Origin: an uncultured candidate division Zixibacteria bacterium
Lineage (GTDB): Bacteria > Zixibacteria > MSB-5A5 > UBA10806
Assembly: GCA_963817915.1 (NCBI GenBank)
Contig: CAWFQL010000017.1
Location: 128,001 to 192,000, forward strand
Direction: 5' to 3'
DNA length: 64,000 nucleotides
The position numbers and the translations under genes were made by a program. Below are positions 21,247 to 30,460 of this stretch, piece by piece; the stretch's first letter is position 1; the number at the start of each line of letters is the position of its first letter. The notes beneath the pieces were generated by a model that did not search any database, had not been told where the DNA came from, and saw only the letters and a list, made by a program, of their open reading frames with translations.

Positions 21247-21577
21247 TATTTTAGGCGAATTGAACAAGACATCCGGCATCAAGGGTTCGATGCTGGTGGG
21301 AGCGGACGGGATTATAATTGCCGCCGATTTGGATTCAAATCTCGAAGATGAGACCGTTGGCGCGTTGGCCGCGTCGATCATGTCAAATGTCAATAAGGCG
21401 CTCGAGAGGATGAAACAGCATGTCCCCGAGAGGATTACTATCGAAGCCGAACAGGGCAAAATATTCCTAAATGATGCCGGGGTCGGAATACTCGCGGTGG
21501 TAACTGAACCTAATGTTAATGTAGGATTGATAAGATTAGAAATTAAAAATGCGATTGCTCAAATAAAGAATCAATAA
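21239..21577 (+). CDS. Roadblock/LC7 domain protein (MglB/MglC-like)
   Basis: GIKGSMLVGADGIIIA, VGALAAS, NVGLIRLEI; GGAGG RBS 6 nt before the ATG at 21239. Confidence 0.85.
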   Translation: MYDILGELNKTSGIKGSMLVGADGIIIAADLDSNLEDETVGALAASIMSNVNKALERMKQHVPERITIEAEQGKIFLNDAGVGILAVVTEPNVNVGLIRLEIKNAIAQIKNQ

Positions 21578-21595
21578 ATAAAGGGCGCACTAATT

Positions 21596-22846
21596 ATGGT
21601 ATCAATAAACTACGCCTTTAAAGAAATAATATCAAAAATTGTCTACTACGGTCCGGGACTTTCGGGCAAGACGACAAATTTGCAGTACGTCTTCAAGAAA
21701 GTGCCGCAGGATACTAGAGGAGAATTGATAAGCCTCGCGACCGATGCGGACAGAACTTTGTATTTCGATTTTTTACCGGTTAATGTCGGTACTATCCAGG
21801 GATTCGCGACCAAATTCCAGCTTTATACCGTTCCCGGCCAGGTCTATTACAACGCCACTCGAAAGCTCGTGCTTCGAGGCGTCGACGGGCTTGTTTTTGT
21901 TGCCGACAGTCAGAATGAAAAAATGGATGAAAATGTAGAATCCATTCAGAATTTAAAAGACAATTTGGAAGAATATGGATACGACATCAAGCAGATTCCT
22001 ATGGTAATACAGTATAATAAGAGGGATTTACCTAATATTGTCTCAATCGAAGAACTCCAAAGGATTTTGAATCCAATGGGAATTCCCTACCACGAGGCGG
22101 TCGCTTCCACGGGCGAAGGCGTGTTTAAAACACTTAAGGCCATCAGCAAGATGGTACTTGATCAGGTCCGTTCGAAAAGAATGGAACCTGGACGTATCGC
22201 GCCAAAACCTGAGCCGGTTGCTGTTGGAGCCGCGTCAAAGCAAGTTCAAAGCGCTCCGGTAATGCCTGAACCCGCTCCGCAGATTGTTAAGCCTTCTGCT
22301 CCCAAAGCCGAGGCGGTTAGGGCCGCGGCTATGCAGACTCTTGTCGAGGAAAAAATAAGTGTTCCTCAAAGCACGGAAATGGGAATTCCCATTCATGAAA
22401 TAGAAGACAATGATGAACCATCAGCGCCGCCGGCTATTGTCTCGGAAGCCGAGGTGCATACTACTGTAGTGGTTTCCGATAACCCGGAAAAACAAAACGG
22501 TGAACAAACCGCTCAAAAGAAAGACGACCTTGAAGAAACAACCGAAAGGTCAATTCTAAAGGACGAAAGCCCGTCTTCGGAAATTCAACCGGAGGTGGCG
22601 GCGGAAACGAAGTCTATAAAAAAAAGTAAATACGTATTAGACGATATACCAGATGATGTTTTGTATGGCAAAAAGGCTCAGAAGGAAAATTTCGATGAAG
22701 AGGCGACCCAGATATCTGAAATAGTGATAAAGAATCCATTGCCTCTCGGAAAACCACAGATGGCAGAAAGCCGGAAAATAAGGGCGAAAAAGGGAAAATT
22801 CAGCCTTTTCAAATGGCTTAAAAAATCTGACGATGAAGAAGAATAA
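21596..22846 (+). CDS. mglA: MglA-type small Ras-like GTPase with a ~220 aa low-complexity C-terminal extension
   Basis: KIVYYGPGLSGKTTN, DRTLYFDF (intrinsic Arg finger), TVPGQ, VFVADSQ, QYNKRDL, EAVA..GEGV. Confidence 0.92.
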   Translation: MVSINYAFKEIISKIVYYGPGLSGKTTNLQYVFKKVPQDTRGELISLATDADRTLYFDFLPVNVGTIQGFATKFQLYTVPGQVYYNATRKLVLRGVDGLVFVADSQNEKMDENVESIQNLKDNLEEYGYDIKQIPMVIQYNKRDLPNIVSIEELQRILNPMGIPYHEAVASTGEGVFKTLKAISKMVLDQVRSKRMEPGRIAPKPEPVAVGAASKQVQSAPVMPEPAPQIVKPSAPKAEAVRAAAMQTLVEEKISVPQSTEMGIPIHEIEDNDEPSAPPAIVSEAEVHTTVVVSDNPEKQNGEQTAQKKDDLEETTERSILKDESPSSEIQPEVAAETKSIKKSKYVLDDIPDDVLYGKKAQKENFDEEATQISEIVIKNPLPLGKPQMAESRKIRAKKGKFSLFKWLKKSDDEEE

Positions 22847-22869
22847 TCGGCGATAAAAGGAGGTATAAA

Positions 22870-23355
22870 TTGGCTCAAGAACAACACGTCCTTTATGAGG
22901 ATCAGATCAAACAGATCGACAAAGCGCTGAACAGGATTATTAAGGAATCCGAGGCGAAATGCGCCCTGCTTGTAGATAAAGACGGTCATTTGATAACCCG
23001 ACAGGGCTTTACACATACGCTTGATACTACAGCTCTTGCCGCGCTTTTAGCTGGTAGCTTTGCGTCAACCAAGGAAATAGCCCGACTAGTCGGAGAGCCT
23101 GAATTTTCAGTGCTTTTCCATCAGGGGAAGAAAGATCATATTCATATTTCATTGATCGGCGAGAGGACAATTCTGGTTGTCATTTTCGATGATCGCACGA
23201 CAATCGGAATGATTCGCCTTTACGCTAAAGAAATCAGCGAAACCCTCAAGGAAATTCTCGAAAGCGAGAATAAAGGCAATCGATCTGACGTTGTCCTAGG
23301 TCAGGAATTTTCTGATTCGGCCGACGCCAAACTAAATGATATATTTCAGGATTAG
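22870..23355 (+). CDS. mglB: MglB roadblock protein (GAP for MglA)
   Basis: LVDKDGHLI, DTTALAALLAGSFAST.EIARLVGE.EFSVLFHQG..DHIHISL, FDDRTTIGMIRL; C-terminal acidic helix. Confidence 0.88.
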   Translation: MAQEQHVLYEDQIKQIDKALNRIIKESEAKCALLVDKDGHLITRQGFTHTLDTTALAALLAGSFASTKEIARLVGEPEFSVLFHQGKKDHIHISLIGERTILVVIFDDRTTIGMIRLYAKEISETLKEILESENKGNRSDVVLGQEFSDSADAKLNDIFQD

Positions 23356-23400
23356 GCTGGCCGAGGATCTTTCACATAGTCTAAAGGGGTAGGAATCAAG

Positions 23401-25095
23401 ATGGCTCTCGAACTCGGCCGAATGCTGGTTAAAGCCGGCAAAATCACCGAAGATCAACTTCAGAAAGCGTTGGAAATGCAGAAGGATGGCGCCGGCAAGC
23501 TCGGCGAAATCCTTGTGAAGCTTGGTGCTGTCCCCGACGAAAATATTATTTCTGAATTCATAGGCAAACAACTTAATATCGGAGCCATTCGATTAAATGA
23601 TATCGAGCTCAATCCCGATATCGTCAAGCTGATTCCGCCTGATATCGCCAGAAAATTCAACGTAATAGCTATTTCAAAATTCGGGAAGACCCTGGTTGTA
23701 GCTATTTCCGATCCAAACAATATCTATGTTCTTGACGCCATCAAGTTTATTACCGGATGTAATATTCAGCCTGTAATTTCGCCGGAAAATACAATTCAAA
23801 AAGCTATTGAAATTTATTACGATGATTCCGGCGGCCTGAATGAAATCATAAAAGGGATGAGCAGCGAACTAGAGGTAGTCGAAGAAACCGAAGAGGATTT
23901 GCCCTCGGAGCAGGATCTGCAGTCTCAGGTGCAGGAAAAGCCTCTGGTCAAGCTGGTCGACGGTATTATCGCTGATGCTATTAAAAAAGGCGCTTCGGAT
24001 ATTCATTTCGAATGTTACGAAAAAAGGGTCAGAGTTCGCTTCAGATTGGATGGTGCATTACAAGAAATGGCTCCTATTCCATTCAAGTATCGCGCCGCAA
24101 TTATCTCACGTATGAAAATCATGGCCGACCTCGATATTTCCGAACGTCGTTTACCGCAAGACGGAAGAATTAAGGTTAAATTGGGCGAACGAACCATCGA
24201 CCTTCGAGTATCTGTCCTGCCAACGATTTTCGGCGAAAAGATAGTAATGAGAATTCTGGATCCTAAATCCTTGATGGTCGATATGACGAAACTTGGATTT
24301 CCAGAATTTGCCCTAAAGAATTTTTCAAAAGCAATCAGCTTGCCATATGGCATGATTCTGGTCACGGGCCCTACCGGTTCGGGAAAGACTACTACGCTTT
24401 ATTCGGCTCTTAAAACATTGAATACTATCGATGTCAATATCATGACCGCCGAAGATCCTGTCGAGTTTAATTTCGATGGTATCAATCAGGTTTTAGTCAA
24501 GACAGATATCGGATTGACATTCGCGGCGGCATTGAGATCATTTTTACGTCAGGACCCGGATATCGTAATGGTCGGTGAAATTCGAGACGGCGAGACTGCG
24601 GATATCGCGATAAAGGCCGCGCTTACAGGCCATTTGGTCTTTTCGACCCTGCATACGAACGATGCTCCGTCGACGATCAATAGGCTCGTAGACATGGGAG
24701 TCCCAAGCTATTTGGTGGCTGCCTCGACAAAATTGATAATGGCTCAGAGAATGATTCGAAAGATATGCACACAATGTCGTCATGAAATTCCTTTGACCGA
24801 TCAAATGAAGGAGGCTCTTGGCCTGGCGCCCGAAGAAGCCCAGACGATGAAAATATTCGAAGGCAAAGGCTGCAGCAATTGTAATGATACCGGATATTCG
24901 GGTCGAACAGGTCTATTCGAAGTCATGCCGATTACTCCTCAAATAGAAAAGATGATAGTTCAGGGTGCGTCCACCGCTGAAATTCGTGCGCAGGCGGTAG
25001 CTGAGGGTATGATGACTTTAAGGGATGCCGGTCTGGAAAAATTGCGCAACGGTATTTCGACAATTGAAGAAGTAGTTGCCGAGACTGCTTTATAA
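23401..25095 (+). CDS. pilB: Type IV pilus assembly ATPase PilB
   Basis: GPTGSGKTT, AEDPVE, FLRQDPD, TLHTND, tetracysteine motif; pilB-pilT-pilC order. Confidence 0.95.
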   Translation: MALELGRMLVKAGKITEDQLQKALEMQKDGAGKLGEILVKLGAVPDENIISEFIGKQLNIGAIRLNDIELNPDIVKLIPPDIARKFNVIAISKFGKTLVVAISDPNNIYVLDAIKFITGCNIQPVISPENTIQKAIEIYYDDSGGLNEIIKGMSSELEVVEETEEDLPSEQDLQSQVQEKPLVKLVDGIIADAIKKGASDIHFECYEKRVRVRFRLDGALQEMAPIPFKYRAAIISRMKIMADLDISERRLPQDGRIKVKLGERTIDLRVSVLPTIFGEKIVMRILDPKSLMVDMTKLGFPEFALKNFSKAISLPYGMILVTGPTGSGKTTTLYSALKTLNTIDVNIMTAEDPVEFNFDGINQVLVKTDIGLTFAAALRSFLRQDPDIVMVGEIRDGETADIAIKAALTGHLVFSTLHTNDAPSTINRLVDMGVPSYLVAASTKLIMAQRMIRKICTQCRHEIPLTDQMKEALGLAPEEAQTMKIFEGKGCSNCNDTGYSGRTGLFEVMPITPQIEKMIVQGASTAEIRAQAVAEGMMTLRDAGLEKLRNGISTIEEVVAETAL

Positions 25096-25097
25096 AT

Positions 25098-25124
25098 TAC
25101 AGTATTGTAAAATAATGTCGATAA
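25098..25124 (+). promoter_or_regulatory. sigma28-type internal promoter before pilT
   Basis: TACA-N15-GTCGATAA in the pilB-pilT gap. Confidence 0.5.
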
Positions 25125-25148
25125 ATTGAATAAAAGGGGTATAAATTT

Positions 25149-26246
25149 ATGGTGACCTTGCGCGAATTGCTGGATTTGATGGTAAAAAGGAATAGTTCCG
25201 ATTTACATATTACTGTCGGAGCGCCTCCGGTATTGAGAATTGACGGCAAGCTCACTAAGACCGAATATGATGTTTTGTCTCCTGAAGATACCAAGAAGCT
25301 CGCTTATTCAATTTTAAACGAGAGACAAAGACAGAAATTCGAAGAGAATTCGGAGCTGGATTTATCCTTTGGCATTGAGCAGCTTTCGCGCTTCCGTTGC
25401 AATGTCTTTATGCAGCGTGGCAATGTTGCAATGGCTTTAAGGCAAATTCCCCATAAAGTTACGAGTTTCGAAGAGCTGGGATTGCCGGATGTCGTTCAAA
25501 AATTCGCCGACTTGCCGCGAGGGCTGGTGTTGGTAACGGGACCTACAGGCTCCGGTAAATCTACGACATTGGCTGCTCTGATAGACAAAATAAATACCGA
25601 GCGCCATATGCATATAATAACGGTCGAAGACCCGATTGAATATCTTCACAGGCACAAAAATTGCCTGATCAATCAAAGAGAAGTCCATTCGGATACAAAG
25701 AGCTTTGCCGCGTCGTTGAAATACGCGTTGAGGCAGGACCCCGATGTTGTGTTGATCGGTGAAATGAGAGATCTGGAGACGATGGAAGCCGCTCTGACCA
25801 TATCCGAAACCGGGCATTTGGCATTCGCGACATTACACACAAATTCCGCCGCCGAGGCAATCAACCGAATTGTGGATGTCTTCCCTACCAATCAGCAAGA
25901 ACAGGTTCGAGTACAGTTGTCATTTGTGCTACAGGGCATACTTTCGCAACAACTCATACCTAAGATTGGCGGAGGAAGAGTCATGGCAATGGAAATATTG
26001 GTCGCAACTCCGGCGTTACGGGCTGTAATCCGAGATGATAAGATTCACCAGATTTATTCATTGTTGCAGGCCGGACAAAAATTCGGTATGAGGACAATGA
26101 ACATGTCATTATTTGAGCTTTATAATAAGAAGAAAATATCACTAAACGATGCCATTACAAGATCGTCCAATATTCAGGAATTCGAGGAAATGATTGGACG
26201 TTCCGAATCACCGGATGGCACCAGAAAAATGCTGCAGGCCAAATAG
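25149..26246 (+). CDS. pilT: Type IV pilus retraction ATPase PilT
   Basis: SDLHITVG.PP, GPTGSGKST, QREV..DT.SF, ETGHL...TLHTN, AIRNLIRE-like ALRAVIRD. Confidence 0.96.
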   Translation: MVTLRELLDLMVKRNSSDLHITVGAPPVLRIDGKLTKTEYDVLSPEDTKKLAYSILNERQRQKFEENSELDLSFGIEQLSRFRCNVFMQRGNVAMALRQIPHKVTSFEELGLPDVVQKFADLPRGLVLVTGPTGSGKSTTLAALIDKINTERHMHIITVEDPIEYLHRHKNCLINQREVHSDTKSFAASLKYALRQDPDVVLIGEMRDLETMEAALTISETGHLAFATLHTNSAAEAINRIVDVFPTNQQEQVRVQLSFVLQGILSQQLIPKIGGGRVMAMEILVATPALRAVIRDDKIHQIYSLLQAGQKFGMRTMNMSLFELYNKKKISLNDAITRSSNIQEFEEMIGRSESPDGTRKMLQAK

Positions 26247-26257
26247 CGAGGTAAAGC

Positions 26258-27457
26258 ATGCCTGTATACGAATATAAAGGCAAGTCCTTGGGTGGGAAGC
26301 AGGTTCAGGGCGAGCTCAAGGCAAAGAACAGGGCCGAACTTGAAAGGCTCTTGCGCGGCAATAAAATCCTGCTGACCAGTGTAACTAAACAGCCGTCGCA
26401 GATAAAAATCAAATTCGGGACCGGTGTCAAAAAAATCGACATCTCTCGTTTTACACGCCAATTTGCCACCATGATCTCGGCAGGTTTGCCAATGGTGCAA
26501 TGTCTCGAAATTCTCTCGACCCAGATGGAATCACCGGAATTTCGCAAGATCATCAACGAGGTCAAGGAGGCGGTGCAGTCCGGCTCAACATTATCCGAGG
26601 CTCTCGGCAAGCACAAGAAGGTATTCGATGATCTTTATGTAAACATGGTCGAAGCCGGTGAAGTCGGCGGCGCATTGGATACCATACTTATCAGGCTGGC
26701 TCAGTACAGAGAAAAGGCCGACAAACTTGCCAGAAAAGTCAAAGGCGCGTTAGTATATCCTATCGTGGTTGCGGTAGTGGCTACAGGCGTCACATTCGCG
26801 ATGTTGAGATTTATCGTGCCAACATTCGCCAAGATGTTTGGCGGACTGGGAGCGGAACTCCCCACGCCGACCAAAGTTGTGCTTGGTATTTCGACTTTCC
26901 TCCAGGCTAATACGGTTACATTGATAATTGCCATCTTTATCCTAATCGCCGCATTCCAGGTATTTTTAAGACAGCCCAAGGGAAGGCTGATGTTCGATCA
27001 GTTTAAGTTGAGAATGCCGATGTTAGGCGACCTGATTCGCAAAAGCGCCATTTCAAGATTCACCCGCACACTAGCGACGCTATTATCATCGGGAGTTTCA
27101 ATTCTCGATGCTTTGAATATAACGGCCAAGACCGCTGGAAATATGGTGCTTCATAACGCTATCAGAAAATCGATGTTGTCTATTGCGGAGGGCGAGACGA
27201 TTACTCAGCCTTTGAAGGATTCCGGCGTATTCCCGCCTATGGTTACACAGATGATTTCAGTAGGAGAGAAGACCGGCGGCCTGGATGACATGTTGGCCAA
27301 GATTGCCGATTTCTATGATGAGGAAGTCGATGCTGCCGTCGCGGCATTGACATCTATTATCGAGCCCGTAATAATTGTTTTCATGGGCGCCATTATCGGC
27401 GGTATCTTGATTGCAATGTATCTGCCAATGTTCGATATTATCGGCAAGATACAATAA
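26258..27457 (+). CDS. pilC: Type IV pilus platform protein PilC
   Basis: FTRQFATMI.AGLP, AGEVGGALD, GEKTGGLD, AMYLPMF. Confidence 0.95.
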   Translation: MPVYEYKGKSLGGKQVQGELKAKNRAELERLLRGNKILLTSVTKQPSQIKIKFGTGVKKIDISRFTRQFATMISAGLPMVQCLEILSTQMESPEFRKIINEVKEAVQSGSTLSEALGKHKKVFDDLYVNMVEAGEVGGALDTILIRLAQYREKADKLARKVKGALVYPIVVAVVATGVTFAMLRFIVPTFAKMFGGLGAELPTPTKVVLGISTFLQANTVTLIIAIFILIAAFQVFLRQPKGRLMFDQFKLRMPMLGDLIRKSAISRFTRTLATLLSSGVSILDALNITAKTAGNMVLHNAIRKSMLSIAEGETITQPLKDSGVFPPMVTQMISVGEKTGGLDDMLAKIADFYDEEVDAAVAALTSIIEPVIIVFMGAIIGGILIAMYLPMFDIIGKIQ

Positions 27458-27469
27458 TAGAGATAAATC

Positions 27470-27518
27470 AAAGGCCTCGCTTCTCTAGTGATTCATGAAT
27501 GAAGACGAGGCCTTTTTT
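27470..27518 (+). terminator. Intrinsic terminator-like hairpin after pilC
   Basis: AAAGGCCTCG...CGAGGCCTTT followed by a T run; the loop contains the palindrome ATTCATGAAT. Confidence 0.7.
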
Positions 27519-27523
27519 ATTGT

Positions 27524-29221
27524 ATGAATGACAAAATAAAAGATCTTCAGTCGGCCGCAATCGGCAAAAAACCGTGGTTTCTGGGATTAAGAATCCTCAC
27601 GACCCTTTTTCTGCTGGGTTCAAGCCTTGTCTTCCTAAATCCTATAACATTCAATTACGCCCTGCTGATAATATACAGCTCATTGACCCTGATACTCCTA
27701 TTGCATAACCTGATCGGAATCCGATATTCGGAATCATTTGTCCGATCCTTGCTGATAGTTCAAATTGCCTGCGAATTGATCATAGAAGGGTTATTGGTCA
27801 ATCATGTCGGCGCCAATTTTTCGCCATTCATCTTATTCTTCCTGATTACGATAGTTACTGCCGGACTTTTATTCCATTTGATGGGCTCCATTATAGTTGC
27901 GACATTGGCAGGACTACTCTATTCAATGCCGATATTCTTCGATTTGTCCGCAATATTCCAGGGCTTATTGGAAGCCACAAGGCTTACTGGTATGGGAGTC
28001 TCATCCGATGAGGCATTCTATACGGTATTCTTGCATCTATGCCTTTTCTATTTCTTCGCCTTTATTTCTGGATATATGACCGAAAGACTGTTTTTCACAT
28101 CGCAGGAGCTCAATAAAGTCCGTTTGGAAACCAATGAAATTATCGAACAGATGATTTCCGGTCTCATGACAGTCGATGCTAATGGCCGCATAATCTATTT
28201 TAATAATGCGGCAGGTGAAATTTTTGGCATCAACCCCGAATCCGCAAGGGGCGGCAATATCAATGACATCTTTTCGGATGGCCTCAAAGATTTCCTTATA
28301 AAGATTCGAATCGCTCTCGAGACGGGTCAACATGAGACTAGGGGTGAGGTTCAGGTGCGTTTGCCCGATAGAGGCATAATTCCAATCGGTCTGTCTTTTT
28401 CGCCATTGAAAGATGGCAGCGGCATTTTGAGAGGTGTCATTGCAATTTTTCAGGACCTGAGTGAGGCTAAGAAATTGGATGCTCGAATAAGGGCGTCGGA
28501 GAGATTGGCCGCCGTTGGACGATTAGCCGCGGGTATAGCGCATGAAATCAGGAATCCATTGGCTTCGATTTCCGGATCAGTAGAAGTTTTAAAAGATGAG
28601 CTACAGCCGACCGGTGACAATCTTCGCCTGATGCAATTAATTCTAAAAGAATCCTCTCGATTGAATACAATTCTGACTGATTTTTTGAATTTTTCTCGTG
28701 TCTCCAAAACATCATCGAGCAAGTGCGATCTTGTTTCCGTGATTTCCGAAGTTATCGGACTGGTTAAGGTCAATCATCAGGTAAATGATTCCATTCTTAT
28801 CTCATCAAATATTCATAGGCAGCCGATTATTGTCTCCGGCAGCGAAGATCAATTGAAGCAAATTCTCTGGAATCTGATTCTCAATTCAGCACAGGCATTG
28901 GGTGCTAGTGGACAGATTAAAATTTCAACAGCCGATAGTCTGGAAATCGGCAGGCCGAAAATGGTTAAATTGATTGTATCTGATACCGGATCCGGCATTC
29001 CCGAAGGGTTGATGGATAAGATTTTCGATCCCTTCTTCTCCACAAAGCAAGATGGCACCGGCCTGGGTCTTTCTATAGTGGCCAGAATTATCGATTGTCT
29101 TGATGGCAAAATCGAGGTGGAATCATCCTCCGATAATGGGACTAAATTCTCTATATTTCTCCCCTTAGCGGCATCTAATGAAAAGAAATCTATTGTACTG
29201 CAAGAAGTTGGCTCGGGATAG
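27524..29221 (+). CDS. pilS: PilS-like membrane PAS sensor histidine kinase
   Basis: About 6 TM, PAS domain, H-box AHEIRNPL, N-box QILWNL..N, DTGSGI, FDPFFSTK, GTGLGL; follows pilBTC. Confidence 0.8.
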   Translation: MNDKIKDLQSAAIGKKPWFLGLRILTTLFLLGSSLVFLNPITFNYALLIIYSSLTLILLLHNLIGIRYSESFVRSLLIVQIACELIIEGLLVNHVGANFSPFILFFLITIVTAGLLFHLMGSIIVATLAGLLYSMPIFFDLSAIFQGLLEATRLTGMGVSSDEAFYTVFLHLCLFYFFAFISGYMTERLFFTSQELNKVRLETNEIIEQMISGLMTVDANGRIIYFNNAAGEIFGINPESARGGNINDIFSDGLKDFLIKIRIALETGQHETRGEVQVRLPDRGIIPIGLSFSPLKDGSGILRGVIAIFQDLSEAKKLDARIRASERLAAVGRLAAGIAHEIRNPLASISGSVEVLKDELQPTGDNLRLMQLILKESSRLNTILTDFLNFSRVSKTSSSKCDLVSVISEVIGLVKVNHQVNDSILISSNIHRQPIIVSGSEDQLKQILWNLILNSAQALGASGQIKISTADSLEIGRPKMVKLIVSDTGSGIPEGLMDKIFDPFFSTKQDGTGLGLSIVARIIDCLDGKIEVESSSDNGTKFSIFLPLAASNEKKSIVLQEVGSG

Positions 29222-29260
29222 TGCCTTAGCAAAAAAAATCCGCTAAATTATATTTTTTTC

Positions 29261-29289
29261 TTGACGATTGAACATATGAACAGTATATT
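29261..29289 (+). promoter_or_regulatory. lexA promoter with a candidate SOS box in the spacer
   Basis: TTGACG-17 bp-TATATT; the spacer contains TTGAACATATGAACAG. Confidence 0.65.
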
Positions 29290-29384
29290 TCTATGCAGGG
29301 TACAAATATTTAGTGCTGGGGAGCGATAAATAGCCGGATGAACTATATGGGAATACAAAAACATCAATATACAGGAGGGATGTC

Positions 29385-30012
29385 ATGGCCAAAGACTTGA
29401 CAGCCAGGCAAAGAGAAATCTTCGAATTTATCAGGGAAATGGTACGAGGCAAGGGCAGACCGCCATCGATCAGGGAGATCGGCGAACAGTTTAAAATCCG
29501 TTCTACAAATGGTGTCAGAGCGGTACTGGAAGCGTTGGAACGAAAAGGGTATATCAAAAGAGACCGTTACACTTCGCGCGGTATTGAGCTTCTAAAAGAG
29601 ACTGTGGACAGCCTGACGTCGCAACGGTTCCGCGAGATATTCTGGGTTGGACGGGTTGCCGCCGGTTCGCCTATCTGGGCAGAGGAAAATATCGAAGGCA
29701 GTTTCTTGCTCGATAGTGAATTTATCCCCGGCGAGGAGGTTTTCTCGCTCAAGGTTCAGGGGAATTCGATGATCGATGCCGGTATTTTCGATGGCGATTT
29801 CGTGCTTGTTAAAAAGCAGCAGTCGGCCGATCCCGGCGATGTCATCGTGGCGCAAATCGGCGATGAGGCCACTGTCAAAAAGTTCTTTCCTGAGAAACGG
29901 CGAATCCGTCTCGAACCAGCCAATCCCGAATACGGCCCGATAATCGTGGAAAAGGAAACCCCAGGCTTTTGCCATTGCGGGCAAGGTCATCGGATTGTTG
30001 AGGAGGATGTGA
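29385..30012 (+). CDS. lexA: SOS repressor LexA (apparent +1 frameshift at TTTT 29967-29970)
   Basis: LTARQ.EI, PPSIREIG, STNGV, Ala-Gly site VAAG, GNSM, TVKK. Removing one T restores the canonical end GFAIAGKVIGLLRRM-stop at 30012. Confidence 0.93.
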
Positions 30013-30205
30013 GGCAGTTTGATGATGTTGGAAAATAAAAATGTATCGAAAAAAAACCTGCAAATTTGATCTTTCTTATTTGATTTGACGAGCCCAGAGT
30101 TTTTGGATCTTTGAATGCGATCCGGAAAAGACCGCCTATTAAAGTTGGTGAAGTGGTGGATTTGAAAATAACATAATTAAATGTTTTTTCAAACCGTTGA
30201 ATTTT

Positions 30206-30454
30206 ATGTACCAGGATATTGAAGAATCGGTGGATGTCATTGTGATCTTTGAGTCGGGGCGAATGCAGCCGCTCAAATTTCGCTGGAATGGACGATCCAT
30301 CAAAATCAAACAGGTCACCGGCTCGTGGAAATCCGATGTCGGCGCCCATAAAATTCGCTACTTCGCGGTGCTCGATAACTCATCCAATTTTTTCCAGCTC
30401 GCTTACGATGAACGCAATACCTCATGGGTTTTGAATAAAATCTGGGTAGAATAG
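30206..30454 (+). CDS. Small all-beta protein (DUF6504-like) between lexA and dinB
   Basis: 82 aa with P..F.W.GR...I..V...W and F.L.YD.....W.L pattern; family assignment is from memory. Confidence 0.65.
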   Translation: MYQDIEESVDVIVIFESGRMQPLKFRWNGRSIKIKQVTGSWKSDVGAHKIRYFAVLDNSSNFFQLAYDERNTSWVLNKIWVE

Positions 30455-30460
30455 AATATC

